Part shown: in pieces, positions 26,249-39,631 of the stretch | Layout of the letters: every line of letters starts with the position of its first letter | How positions within the stretch are numbered: the stretch's first letter is position 1 | DNA from: Paramecium tetraurelia | Lineage: Eukaryota | Direction: 5' to 3' | Assembly: GCA_000165425.1 (NCBI GenBank) | Contig: CT868651.1 | Location: forward strand, 248,001-312,000 | Length of the DNA stretch: 64,000 nt | Notes under the pieces: model-generated | The model's database searches: none | The model's input: the letters and a program-made list of their open reading frames with translations, nothing else | Told to the model about the DNA's origin: nothing | Made by a program: the position numbers and the translations under genes

Positions 26249-27443
26249 ATGCAACAGCACTCTGAATCGGATGATCAATCTCCTGTTCATGTAATCTAGT
26301 TTTAAGATAAGAATAATGAGATTGAGTCGGAAGCCTTATGGGATTAGGAAGAAGGATAGCAAGAATATCATATTCAAATTAACACTGATCGAATTCTGGA
26401 CATATTTCAATCCATAGAAACTTAAATTGATCCATTTACTTGTGTCTTCAAAACGAATCAATAGATGATTGTAATGTACAAACAGAAATTGCCATTGCTG
26501 AGAAGATTAGGATATTTGTTATGCAAGAGTGAAGCTAAATATTGCATAATACTAGTAAAACTAGAGAATCAGAATTCCTTATTGATTAAGTCTCTTAAAG
26601 GAGTATTAAATTATAATTAAAAAGGACTCTGAGATAAATGATGGCATCATGAAAAAAATAGGAAATGCAATATATCAATTTTCAGACAAAAATTAACATC
26701 TGTCACATATAGATGAGATTATGTAAGTGTAAATTTATATAAGACATGAAGATTCGAGATTCAATCCTTTTCATTTAGATAGTTTGAGTGTTGCAATGAT
26801 TTACAAACATCTTCAAGACAAAATTGTGATACCAGAAAAAATAAATATGAAATAACTCTACAATTTAGTTGAAAAAGAGCATGACAAAATAAAAGAAGAA
26901 CCATTGTTAATTAAATCAATTTAGGTTAGTCAATTCCATATCTTTACAATTGAGCGTTACATTTTCAATAAGATATTTGATTAGATGATGAATCAGTATA
27001 TTGAAAAGTATTAAGAAAGACAGGAGTAGGTTGACTAGAAGAAAATGCAATTGAGATAGAAGTATTCTAAAGCGGATTTAATCCATTCTTTGGAAATCAA
27101 AGATCAATATCTACCTCAATCAGAGATACCATACCATGAGGCCATAAATGAATTAAAGTTGATTAATCTCTACAAAACTCCAACTGAAATGTTGAAGCAA
27201 TTTCAATATGTTCTAGTTTTGATTAGGGGAGTGGCTTTTTAATGCAATCAGAAGGAAGAAATCATTGCAATGGATGACGAATTGCCCATCTTAATTTGGG
27301 TGGCATTGATGAGTGATGTTCCTAATCTCTATGCAAAAATATTCTTTGTGGATGATTATATACAGGAAATCGAAAATGAGAAGCGCATCTTAACTAATCT
27401 GAGGGTCTCTTTAGATTACATATCTAAAGAATGGAAATTATGA
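26249..27443 (+). CDS. VPS9-domain protein (Rab5-family GEF)
   Basis: AINELKLINLYKTPTEML and AMDDELPILIWVALMSDVPNLYAKIFFVDDYI match the VPS9 core; 22-nt intron at 26603-26624. Confidence 0.8.
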
Positions 27444-27568
27444 TATTATTTATGTTCCAATTTATAAATTATGGCTTCATTTTACCTAATTTTATTAAGT
27501 TACTTCTCATCAGAGTTCTAACTATGAATTAATAATATATTTGTTATATTAAAAATTTGAATTATCTA

Positions 27569-30094
27569 ATGAACATCTATTAACCAAATCAATCAGCACT
27601 CACCAGTGCATTTAAATCATAGGCTACTCTGACTGAATAGAAGGTCATCTTTTTGGAGTAGTCTCTAAATAAGGCCCAAAGAGATGTAAATTGTATCGTA
27701 TAAAATGTAGCTAAATGATGTAAGATTTCAATAAAACCATTTAAAGTCTAAAAGGGAAGACTTAATCTAGAATTATCACAAAACCAACAGAAAGCTCTTG
27801 AAATAAGTGGATGAATTACAATAATTAATCAATAATACACAAACCTACATCAGATTAGATTAATTAATTACTGCTTTCAAAAATAATAACTGGAATGATC
27901 ATATAGCTAGATATCTTCATGAGAATAACAAGTTAACATCTTAAAAAATAAAAATAATTTAAAAAATTATATTAACTGATTAATAACTAAGTGATTGGAG
28001 GGAATAAATAAACATGATAGAGGAAGATATTAATGGATTGCATCATTAGAATAGTGCTTTGATTATTGAATTCGAAGAATTAGATGAAGTGATTCATTAA
28101 TGGAATGGTTCAGCCATAGAACCAATTAGCAAAATCTATCAGATTAAGAAACAGTTAAATGAGCTCAGGGTCAATTACTTAGATTTGTCAAGTGAAAGAT
28201 AACGGAAAGAGACAAGTCTAACAGAATTGACAACCTAAGTTGACTCAATCCAGGAGAATCTCAATTAATTAAGAAAAGAATAAATACCAGTTTTTTAAGA
28301 AATTGACTTTCAACTCAAACAAAGCATTCAATTTTGGTTTTCGCCAGATTTGGTCTACAAGGTCTTTCTAGATATTTTCAATGACTTTGTTGATTTCAAT
28401 AAGGATAAAATAGATGAGGTATTCAGCATATTGATGCAAATTCATGACAAAATTGTTGGATGTTGTTTCAGTCTGTTGCAAAAGCACATCAAGTTTGAAG
28501 AGAGATAACAACTGTTTGATACGAACTTTCAAGAAGCCACCAGCTTAATTAATTAATATTAGTAATGGTTCAAGGAGATAGATGTTTAAGACTTCGAGTG
28601 TTTGCTAGGTATTTATTGATTAATTAGAAGTTTAAAAAATAAACAATCATTAATTTATGAGCATCATTGAATAGAAGAGTTAGCGGTTCCAGGCTGTTTT
28701 ACAGAAATAAATTCGAATTTTTAGTTGTACCCAAGAACACACAAGTCTTAAGTATGGTTATCATAGATTCTGCTTAGAGCTCAATAAATTGAGCTAGAAA
28801 GATAAGTTCATAAGTTATTGTATGAATAATCGATGATACAGTGCAACTATCAGCGTTTAGAATCCTAGTTGCAACAACTGAAGATTGCTGGGCCTATCCT
28901 TATTATGAACACCTAAAGTTATCAGTTAGAACAAGTGTTAGATAGAATCAATACTATTGAAATCATTCAGAAGAAAAACAAATAGTAAATAGAATTGAAT
29001 TATCCTTAACAAATTTCAGTTATTGAATCTTAAATAATTCAATACCAAAATCAGTTTTAATAGTTGATTGAATAATTATTAAGCATTAAATCGGACATAA
29101 AATTAGTGTATAATTAAGATGTCGATCAAGACGAGGCATTTTTATAAATGGAACTTCAATAACTCAATTAGGAATTGCATACTCAAGAATTGTTGTTTTC
29201 TAAATCCAAAAACGAATGCGAAATTAAGTTATAATAGTTTGACTATGAAGAAAGTAATAATATTCATTCTAATCAAGATGCTATTTTAAATAGAATTGAA
29301 ACAATATCACAAGCTATGAATGATTATCGTAATCAAAAGCCAATCAAGGAAAATATTCCTCCCACAGATTTACATTCTAAACGCCAATCATTAGACAATA
29401 GTATTTTTGACAACAACAACAAATCCAATTTGAAATATTCTTGTCATGAAAATACAACTGACAGAAGTCATTCCAGATCTAGATCAGCATTGGGAGCAAA
29501 TTCATCGTCTAATTCGTTAAGAAACTTTTTGAATTTCCAAAGTCCTTCCCAATTAAAACGAACTAAACTTACTCTGATTCATAATCATTCCAACAGGAAC
29601 TCATAAAAATAATCAATCAACTCTTCTGTTCAAAAGATAGATGATACCACACTCTTGTCACCAAATAAAAGTTTTATTTCAAATAAAAATCAATAAATCT
29701 AACCTGTTAAGACTTTCAAAGTATACAAAAGAACAGTGTAAAATACTCTCATTTAGAAACTGTAAGAAGTCAACAATTACATACCAAAGTAAAATCAATT
29801 ATCATATTTGTAGGTTTGTTAAATATAATGAAAAAATGAAATGCATAGAGTTTTACAATGCTAATAGAATTGGAAGTGATTTGGGCGTGAAAGACTCAGC
29901 TTTGAATATCAAATAAATAGTTGGAATAACACAATAACTAGTTAAAGGTGTTATTAAACAAAGTAATCAATACCTCCTACATTTTAGATTTCACTTTCTA
30001 TGGACTATTTTTATTACTCCAAAAAAATCAGAAAGTAGAAATTCTATTTGCTAAATAAGAAGAATTAATTTAATTCTTGAACATCTTAAAGTGA
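27569..30094 (+). CDS. Long coiled-coil protein with Ser/Asn-rich linker and possible C-terminal PH-like domain
   Basis: Q/E/L-rich heptad-like sequence and short introns; the C-terminus has a beta-strand pattern followed by a helix (KVEILFAKQEELIQFLNILK). The PH call is by eye only. Confidence 0.65.
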
Positions 30095-30127
30095 ATTCAA
30101 CCATTATATAATTTTTTCTTAATAATA

Positions 30128-31173
30128 ATGTTATTTTCTTAAAGATAATCAAACCTGTTTGAGGAGATGGAATCGATACCAATCAATAAGATGCCTTAAG
30201 GGTCCTCACGTTCTAGAAATTTATCTAATGATAGACCATAAACTAACGAGCGATCTATTAAGCTATCAATAGAGAATAGTAGACAAAGGCATAAGGCGGA
30301 ATCCTATTCTGTTGAAAAATCAGTAGACACTTTAACATTAATATTGATAGTTAAATTTGAGCTCTTAGAATTAAAAGGTTGAAAATCTAGTGGCTTCATG
30401 GATACTACAAAAGAATTCATCATCTCTCAATTCAAGTTCAAATAATGTTCAACCAAGTATACTCTTCCAAAGTATTCTAGCTTCTTAATTTGAAAGCCAA
30501 GGAAGACAATCGAATCGACCCCACATTATCATAGAAGAAGAGCTCCTATTCACAGAAGAAGGAGATTAATAGAATGGTAATCAATCCAATAAAGTGAACT
30601 AAAATAAACATAAAACACCAAGCACCACACGTCCTCATGCTAAGAGCATAAAAGAATAATGTATTCTACTTATATATGAAGAAAGTTTTGATGTCAAAAA
30701 AAATTGTATGGAAAGAAATGTTCCTAAAAAACCCTTAAACTCATATGCTCAACGACCTCAAACTACAAAAATGCAAACTTCTACTTAAGTTAAATCTACG
30801 CCTTTGGTTTACAAGGATAATTCTCTTCACAACCCAATGAAATCATCATAGATAGAACAAGCTAAATTTAGTAATCTTTATAGTGGATCAAATAGTTATA
30901 GCAACAACATCAAGAATAGAAACAGACAAAATAATTACCAAAAAATTGTTAAGAAAGATAATATAACTTCAAATTCAGAATTCTAATTGGATAATCAATG
31001 CATTCCTGATTTGATCAGATTAAAGGATCTTATCCTATCAACATACCTAAAATAGAATAGACCTCTCATTAATTCCTAAAATCAAATAGTTAAGTAATAT
31101 TTGAGATTTTTAATTTAGAAATTTTGATGAAATCGTAGCAATCTTAAAATAAGACTTTCCCAATCATATTTGA
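30128..31173 (+). CDS. Hypothetical low-complexity (S/N/Q/K-rich) protein
   Basis: ATG-to-TGA code-6 frame restored by 28-nt and 25-nt GT-AG introns. Confidence 0.6.
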
Positions 31174-31447
31174 ACAATGTATTTTAGTTTTTTCATAATA
31201 TTATATAATTGTGAATCTAACATTGCTATTTTCATCAACTTCTTTAATATTATAAATTTGCTTTTGGATTTAGGAATATTTTTATATATAATATTAAAAC
31301 GAATGCAAATTTAAAGTGATCAAGTAAGTTATAAATTTCAAGTAAAACCGAGTAAATCTGTTGTTCATCCTATAAGGGAAATATAAAGAGACATTTAACT
31401 ATTTTTGAGAAGGTTGTAAAGATAAGAGTATAATATATTGATATATA

Positions 31448-31855
31448 TCATTAAAATGCCTTCAATTGATCCAAGAACCCTTAATTAGGTTCTGCTCTGG
31501 CATGCTTTTATTTAACGTAATTCAAAGCTCTTTACGAATTGAGCCTTAGTTTTCTGATGATGTAGGCTGTTATAATAGTCACTGATCTACTCTAACCTCC
31601 ATAACAGTGAACTAGAATGTTTTTATCTTGAGCAATAATTGAATCAATGTAGTCGATGCACTCTTCGAAATAATGGCTTATGTTAGTTTCTGGTTTGTCT
31701 TCGATCGAAATGCATTTGTAGGTGAATTTGGAAGGGAAGTACTCAGGCAAATCCCCAACTATTAAAATATTCGATATTTGGTTCTTGTTGAGCCAATTCT
31801 GGTCTTTGGCGTAGACAACCGATGACAAATACACATGAGGGATTATTTCTGACAT
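31448..31855 (-). CDS. Small atypical dual-specificity phosphatase (135 aa)
   Basis: EIIPHVYLS, IED, VHCYGGQSRS, AYII, AEPNQGFLDQL; intronless. Confidence 0.93.
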
Positions 31856-32091
31856 TAGTAAAAATAAAATAATAATAAATTAGGCAGAAGTGTGTTAATA
31901 AATCTGTAAATAAATATTGATTTCGAAGCAATTCTGATATGGGGAGGAATAATGTATTTTTATGGACGAGAATCCTTACTGTTACTTGATAATTGTTCAG
32001 TCTATTTAGTGCATCGTAATACTTGAAGGTGGAGGGAGTAAGGAGAGAGAAGTGAATAAAATGAGATATATAATTAATAAATATTTATTTT

Positions 32092-33666
32092 ATGCAGGCA
32101 GCTTCGATATTTAATGGAAAATATGTAGTTTAAAAGAAGTTATCATCTGGATCTTTCGGAGTGGTTCTATTGGGACATGATAAGGATAAGAATGTGGACG
32201 TGGCAATAAAAATAGAGAAGGAGGAAAATGAGGATGTGCGTTCTTTGGAAAGGGAAGTTCTGGTGCTGGAAAGATTAAATGGAATTGAGGGGGTTCCCAA
32301 GATGTTTTGGCATGGTGAGTAGGATGAATACAATGTTATTGTAATGCAGATTTTGGGGAAGGACTTAGCACATTATATGAAAAGCAAAAAGAAGTTTTCG
32401 TTTAAAACAGCAATCCAATTGGGAATTTAAATAGTTAAGGTTTTGGAGCGGATCCACAATCAGGGAGTGGTGCATAGAGATTTGAAGCCAGAGAATGTGC
32501 TGTTTGGCATTGATGATGAATCTTCTAAAATTTATGTGATTGATTTTGGAATTAGTAAAATATTCAGAGATAAAAATGGAAAGATCCAGTAATAATCATT
32601 AATATAAGATAGTCCTTTTCGTGACAACACATCCTTCATTGGGACCACTAGATATGCTTCAATAGCAGCACATAAGGGGTATGAGTTGAGTAGGAAAGAT
32701 GACATCGAATCCTTGATTTATGTTTTGTTGTACTTCATGAAAGGGTAATGGAATTGTGAATTATAAAAAGTCTAGGCAGTTGCCATGGCAAAATATGTAG
32801 AATGTCAGCGATGAAGAAAGAACAGTGAAAGTGGGGGAAATGAAGATGTCAATAGATCCCAGGGAACTATGCAAGGACGTACCAATCGAATTCGCTATCA
32901 TTCTTGAGTACTGCTTTTATTCATGAATTAGGTATCTCAAATCACTGGAGTATCAGAGCGATCCTAATTATAATTTTGTGTATTAATAGTTTGAAAAGGC
33001 TGCAGCTAATTTGGGGGTTCAATTGGACTTCACTTTTGATTGGGATTAGTAATAGCCCATGAAGATATCGCAAAATACTAATTAGGAAGGCATATAGCGA
33101 TAGACTACTTTGAATCAACAATTATAATTGCCATCGACAGGCGAAATGAAAAAATCATTAGATAAATAGGGAAGCAATTTGATCAGATAGTATAAATCCA
33201 TATAAATCTGATTAGAATGAGTAATAGTCAATTCTTAGCTCCTCCTTTAGCAAATTAGTTACAGCCTCACACTCTAAAAAGACAAGATTCTTCTCAGTAA
33301 CCGAGCATAGTGTCAGGCAGTGTTATGTTGAGTACATACAATTCAATAAGGCCGAAATATTAGCCTTCTTAGTTGGGTTTCGATGTCAAGTTGAGTGTGG
33401 ATAGCATGCCTAAGGAACTGATTCAGGAGCAGAGGAAAACAGCTGGGTCGGCATAATAGAAGAATGTCCAAAATCTGTATACTGAAACAGTTGGCTGGAG
33501 AGATTCGATCTTTGAGGAGAACTTTGAAGAAATCCCGTTATCTAAAAAGTATGGGATGCTTTAATAGAAAGGAGTGGATATGTAGAAAAATTGATTATTT
33601 GCAATTAGGTATAGGAAACCCATGCATTCCAGTGCTAGTCCGAATAGACAAAAGAAAAAAAATTGA
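32092..33666 (+). CDS. Casein kinase 1 family kinase
   Basis: [56 protein letters not shown]-rich tail. The 3' end depends on a 27-nt intron at 33582-33608. Confidence 0.92.
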
Positions 33667-33919
33667 ATTTTTATTTTAAATCAGCTTTGATTTCTAAATT
33701 TGGTTATTTTTAAATAATTTTAACTGTAGGTCAACAATTCATTCAACAATAAATGGAAAATCATCCCTTTAGTCTACATGAATATTATTTTTTATACATT
33801 TGAAATAGAGTTAGTAAATGGTTGGAGAGTAATTTCATTTTGATTGGAGAATCTTAATGAATTAGTTTGAGTTCATTAATTAATGCTCACTTTTTTTGTT
33901 AAATAAATTTGTTAAAAAT

Positions 33920-34745
33920 ATGAATCAAAATACACCTTTCAATGAACGGTTCTTCAAGATTTAGGAGAAATTGAATTCGATTCCTCTTCATCATGATACA
34001 TCCAAAGCTCACAGAATTGATACGATTAATTCTAGAGTCACAGCAGTAGAAGAGAGAATTCAGGATACAATAACATCTTATAACAGAAAACTAGTAATAG
34101 TCTAATAAAGATTAAAAGCATACTTTGAAAGATGAGATAGTGAGAGTTCAGAAGCAGATCGAAGAAGAAAACAATACTTTTGAAACATAATTTGAGTAAA
34201 GAGTTCGTGAGATTGCTGCATTTGAAAGCAGAATCACAACCAAATTAGAATAGGAAATAGCTTTAAGAAGAGATGGAAACTTAAAATTGCAAGGGTATTT
34301 GGACGAGAAAGTAAAATGAAGAATTTATTAGAACTTAGGTTGTCTACTTGAAATCCGATATTCAGACAGAGAGTAAAATCAGGTAGGAATAGATCGAGAA
34401 TATTACTACCTCTTTGGAAAATGATTTGCCCAAATTGTATGATATGGTGAAATCTGAAGGACAAGATAGGGAAGATAGTGACAATGGAACATTGAGGAGA
34501 TCTGGGGATGAAATCAGAAGATTGAATGAAGGGTTAACCAATTAAAAGAATTTAAGGTAATTTTGATTTACATATTCACTAGAGAAGAATCGGAGACAGC
34601 AATCTTTGAAATGTTGAAGGATTTAGTTTCTAGAGTAAAGAGTGAAATAGAGGAGGAAAGGAAACTAAGGGAAGAATCATAAGAATCACTTCTGGGTTTG
34701 TTGGAAGATGCTGCAAATAAAATTTATAGAGCAGCAAAAGATTGA
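33920..34745 (+). CDS. SF-assemblin/beta-giardin-like striated-fibre coiled-coil protein
   Basis: ~250 aa segmented coiled coil with recurring E-x3-RE-[ED]-S motifs (EGQDREDS, ERKLREES) and a LLGLLEDAANK ending typical of ciliate SFA proteins; three introns. Confidence 0.72.
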
Positions 34746-34792
34746 TAATTTATACAAAATCATATTAAAATAAATTTTATTTAATATCATAT

Positions 34793-37700
34793 TCAATTGG
34801 TTTATTTATGTTTTCTTTGAATTTTATTCACTTTTTATAATCGAGCTATTTCATTTGCATTGTTATGCTTCAAAAATTATTCAAAATTCCTCACTTTCTC
34901 AAACCCTTCAAAAATGTCCAAATATTGACCAAGCCTTTTTTCTGGATCTTCATCCAAATTACGATTAGCATATAACTGTCCTATTGAGAAATCATTGACC
35001 TTTATTGCCACTTGTTTAGTCGTCTTCTTTTGATCACCCCTTTAGTATTCCCCCGTCCTCTTATCAAGATCCTAGATACTCTTATTGCTCAGAAGACTAT
35101 TTTGATGATTCTAGATTCTAAGATACGGTTACACTTGCTGAGACCCTTAATTAAACCTACTCTAATATTTATTGGATCTCTCTGCTTTCTAAATCTAATT
35201 AATTATTTCTAGGATTCTATTTCTCTATAAATTATTTAAGATAGATAATACAATTTCATCATCCTGTAACGCATCTGTGCAAGCTTAGAATGACAATTTC
35301 CTCTACAGTTGATATTTTGTCATCTATGTTCTTAATGGAGCTAATAGTGCATTACTTTTTAACTCCTTATCTGCTTTCTCCGTGTGTTCAAGGATTTCAT
35401 CATTTCCATCCTCCACAACGCTAGCACCTATAGTTAGTTTAATCATATCGATTATTACCTTCATCATAGCTTTCCGCTGAATAATGCTACTGATCTATCT
35501 GTTCCTTCAACATTTATGTTTTGCACATATACAAATAGATACTATTTTAGATATCTGATTATTCTCTTCTAGTTTGAATTTTGCGTTCCAATTTTCTCGC
35601 ATATTTAACTCTATCAGAGGGGACATTTCTTCTGTAATTCAGCAATACTTTGGATCTATTTGGGTAACCACACACCATACTAATAAATTATAAATCAAAA
35701 TAACTACGGGCATTCAAGTATGATATGTGTTGATTTATTGCAAGCTCTGCATGTCACATCTACTAATTCTTATTAGTTCATAAATGAGATCTATTGAACT
35801 AATTCACAGTATTTATACTAATATGAGATAGATGATTTATGTTACATAATCATTTTTATGTTAAGATATAATTTCCATAAATTGAGACTTATCAATTTTT
35901 AAGACATATGAAAATTAGTTTGATTTACAAGACACCTGATAGGCCTATGACTAAAAGAATTCTAAAACACCAAAAGCTTATCCTTCATTTTTGATTGTTT
36001 CCAGCACTTTGATTGTTTATTGCTTGTTATTCAATGTGATGTAAAAGGAGAGACTTCCATTAGATAAAATATAGAGATAATTACTCGGATCATTTTACTA
36101 AAGAATATTAATCAATTTTACAAGATATATCGTAGATTCTGGCACATATTTCTCTTCTATCAGCACTTTAGATAAGGATATTAGGAATTACTCACTAAAA
36201 TTGTTTACAAGGAAGCTATTCTTTTAAATTAACTTCATGTTTGTATCAATTTTCATCTCTTCAGCCAATTATTTTGGAATCATTTCACTAAATTTGTAAA
36301 CTTCTCTATCATTATCTTCCATCTGATCACTCCAAACGTATTCGAAGTATTTTCTGATCTTCTCAGCTAAATGTTTATTAATCCCTTTAATCCTAATGAA
36401 TTTTTTAAGGTTGTTCATATCAGTTCTTATCTAAAAGCTTTGCCTACTCCACTCAGCGTAGATTGAATTTATATTACCAATAGAATAGCCAAACACTCCT
36501 ACTGCAGATAAAGCCATTCCAACAGCAAACACTCTTTCCCTCAAATTCTGAGGTGTAATGTCTCCATACCCAATAGTAGTCATTGTTATGATGCTCCAAT
36601 ATAAAGAATGCAGGTATTAATTAAACCATTATTCATTTTCAATATTCTGAGCTTTGATCCAAGATGTATCATTTGGATTTCCAGTAGATCCCACTAAAAA
36701 CCAAATGCATGCTGAAAAATGGGCAGCTGCCAAAATTGTATATCCTAGTTTAACTAAATCTACTATAACAATTTAAATGGCTGTCAATTCTAATCTATCG
36801 AAAAGGTTTCTGGAAAATTTAGTGATTTAAAACACTTTCAATATGATCACCAAGTCCAAATACTACAAATCAAATCTTAAACTTATAAAGTAAGGGATCA
36901 CTACAAATATGTCAAAGAAGAATGCTATCATAATACATTTATTTAATTACATGAGCGCAAGTAATTTTTAGCAATTTGATATCGGTTTTCAATTACTGCT
37001 CCCTTATAATAATAGCATGTATTGAATTTCAAAAGAATTTCAAGCATAAATGAATACGATGGCAAGACATCAAAGATAATTTATCTTGCCTAATAGAAGT
37101 CATCTTAGGATTGCTCATCGAATTTGAATGCTATTTTGATGGATACATAAAGGACGTTAATATTCAAGATGGTAAGAATGTATATATTCCACCAAATTGA
37201 AGCCAATGACTCAGGTCTCATTATTAATTTCTGATTTCCACAATATATCTTAAGCAGTTTCGTTTTCCGTAATGGAATTAAGAGGGTCTAATTTAAAAAG
37301 TGTTATCCTTTTTAAAATCCTGTTGGTTTCTATAATATGTATAATTCATCAATATTACTTCGTATTTAAAGAAGTTTTTTAACAGGTAATATGTAAAATC
37401 AGCTGATACATCGCCTATTATTTCAAAGACATTTTTATTGATTAATTTAAAACTGGTAGCAAAGTTTGATTTTGTAATAAAACTTATGAATCTCAGAGTA
37501 ATCATCAGGATTTCTAACGCCTTTGTTCTCCAAATTTTATTGCTAAATCCAACATGATCAGTATGACTATCTATAAACACTGGGCTGTCCTCTTTGAGAT
37601 TCATCATTGGCTTGTTACTTTGAAAACTTATAGCCCTTATTTTAGGCCCCATATTACAAGTCTGACTAGGCCTAGGAAATATGATGCTTATAAAGCGTAC

Positions 37701-37922
37701 CTGTTTTTAGAGTCCAGGAGAAGACTCATTATACTTCTCTGATCAATTTGTTTAGATTGTTTATTTTCTTAAACATCGCGTAGGATGACCTCTTGATCCT
37801 AATCAAAACTTTTTAAAAGAGATCTAACAGAATGAGCCTGATTTTCAGTATCTAATTTCTCTTCTATTCTAAATAATTTGAGCATTACATATATCAGGAT
37901 TGAGAGGATTACTTTTTTTCAT
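34793..37922 (-). CDS. Cyclic-nucleotide-binding-domain K+ channel (EAG/KCNH-like)
   Basis: AHFSACIW, SLYWSIITMTTIGYGDITP selectivity filter, VFGYSIGNI, C-linker (KIRKYFEYVW) and CNBD; long C-tail. Confidence 0.92.
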
Positions 37923-38234
37923 TAAAATTATTAATAATAATAGTTTGCAAATTAATATATTTAATTAACAATAGTGAATATTTCTCATTTGTTGAGATTA
38001 CACTGGGATATATTATCGTAATTGATGAATGCATTTGATTTGATCATAGGCAAGTGCAAATGAGGGCTCTGAATAAGGTTATAGTTTTTCATTTTCTGTT
38101 GCTGAAATAACAAAATGGAGTGTCTCTGATTCGTAAGATCTTACAACAATTTAGATTGTCTTGGGGATTATTAAATTTTAGGAATTTTAATGTGAGTTTA
38201 AAAATCTATATTTTTATTTAAATATAAATTCTGA

Positions 38235-38912
38235 ATGAAGCATAATTAACAACTTCCTAATGCTCACATGCGTAAACACTGGACACGATTCGTGAAGACA
38301 TTTTACAACCAACCAGCTGCCAAAAGAAGAAGACAACAAAGAAGATAGGCAAATGCATTAAGTAAGGATTTGGATGACCATTTTAGAGGCTTCACCAAGA
38401 CCTGTTGAATTACTCAGACCAGTAGTGAGAGGACAAACAATCAAATATAACGGAGTGTAAAAGTTAGGAAGAGGATTCTCTTTGATTGAGCTTAAAGAGG
38501 CAGGACTCAATGCTTAATTTGCTAGAACAGTTGGAATTGCTGTTGATCATAGACGTAGAAACAATAACTAAGAGGAATTGGCTGCTAATGTTAAAAGAAT
38601 CAAAGCTTATTTGTCTAAATTAGTCCTCTTCCCAAGAGTAGCAGGCAAACCTAAGAATGGTGTCGTAAAGGATTCAGGAAATGATGTCGTTGCTTAACCA
38701 GTTGTTTAGAATACTAATCCAGAAGTATTGCTTTTTTTGATAATCACTAGGTTATTACCTTCTAAAGAACACCCAGAAGAGAGAAGGCAACAGTAATATC
38801 TAAAGAACTCAGAGCTAAGAATGTTTATCGTAGACTTAGATAAGAATGGTATAATGCTAAATTCGTTGGAGTCAAAGAGAAAAGAAAGAATGCTAAAGAA
38901 TAAAAGAAATGA
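38235..38912 (+). CDS. RPL13: 60S ribosomal protein L13 (eL13)
   Basis: MKHNQQLPNAHMRKHW, PRPVELLRPVVRGQT, GRGFSLIELKEAG, GIAVDHRRRN; two introns. Confidence 0.97.
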
Positions 38913-39631
38913 TTAGTGTACAATTGGATATATTAAACATTTTTAATTATTGAATTTCTTGTAAATCTAATAAATCTAATTTTGGCAATATTTAACATTT
39001 GCATCATTCCAAGAAATACATTACTGTGTGATATGTTTCTACATTTGTAATGATACAAAAAGAAAATGATAATCTATTAGTGATAAATAGTTATTGCTAT
39101 TATTGAAGCACAAGATGGAATATCAGGAAGGAGTTTTATTTCCCAAGGAGGATAAATAAGAGAATTTAAATTCTCCTATAGTATGCAATTTTATTTTTAA
39201 TGATATATGATTTCCAATTATTTTGGAATCTATTGCCAGATTAATTGAAACATAAAATTTTATAAATGCATTTGGTGCAAGATGAATTAAAGAACTATAA
39301 ATTTTATTATTTGTTTAGATAAACTTTTGATATAAGATAATCAAAATCTCTAATGATTATTTAAGAAGACACTTAAACATTAAGATGATTAATTATTACA
39401 TCATACTTAGCTGCAAAAAAAGGAAGGGAACTCTATAATTATAAGTGATTAATTTACAGATAATTAGTTTTACTTGATTGTTAATTAATTTAAGTAATCA
39501 CAATTAGAATCCAAAGAAGATTAAATTACAAAGACAAAAGAACCATTTCCTTTATTACAATTGTTTCTATATTCTGAATATACTTATGAGATATATATAT
39601 TTTAATAAATGCTATTAATTAATATTATCTA

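Noticed and set aside
38021..38130. Possible box C/D snoRNA (TGATGA at 38023 with downstream CTGA)
   Set aside because: Such motifs are frequent by chance in AT-rich DNA; I could not identify an rRNA-complementary guide or a convincing terminal stem.
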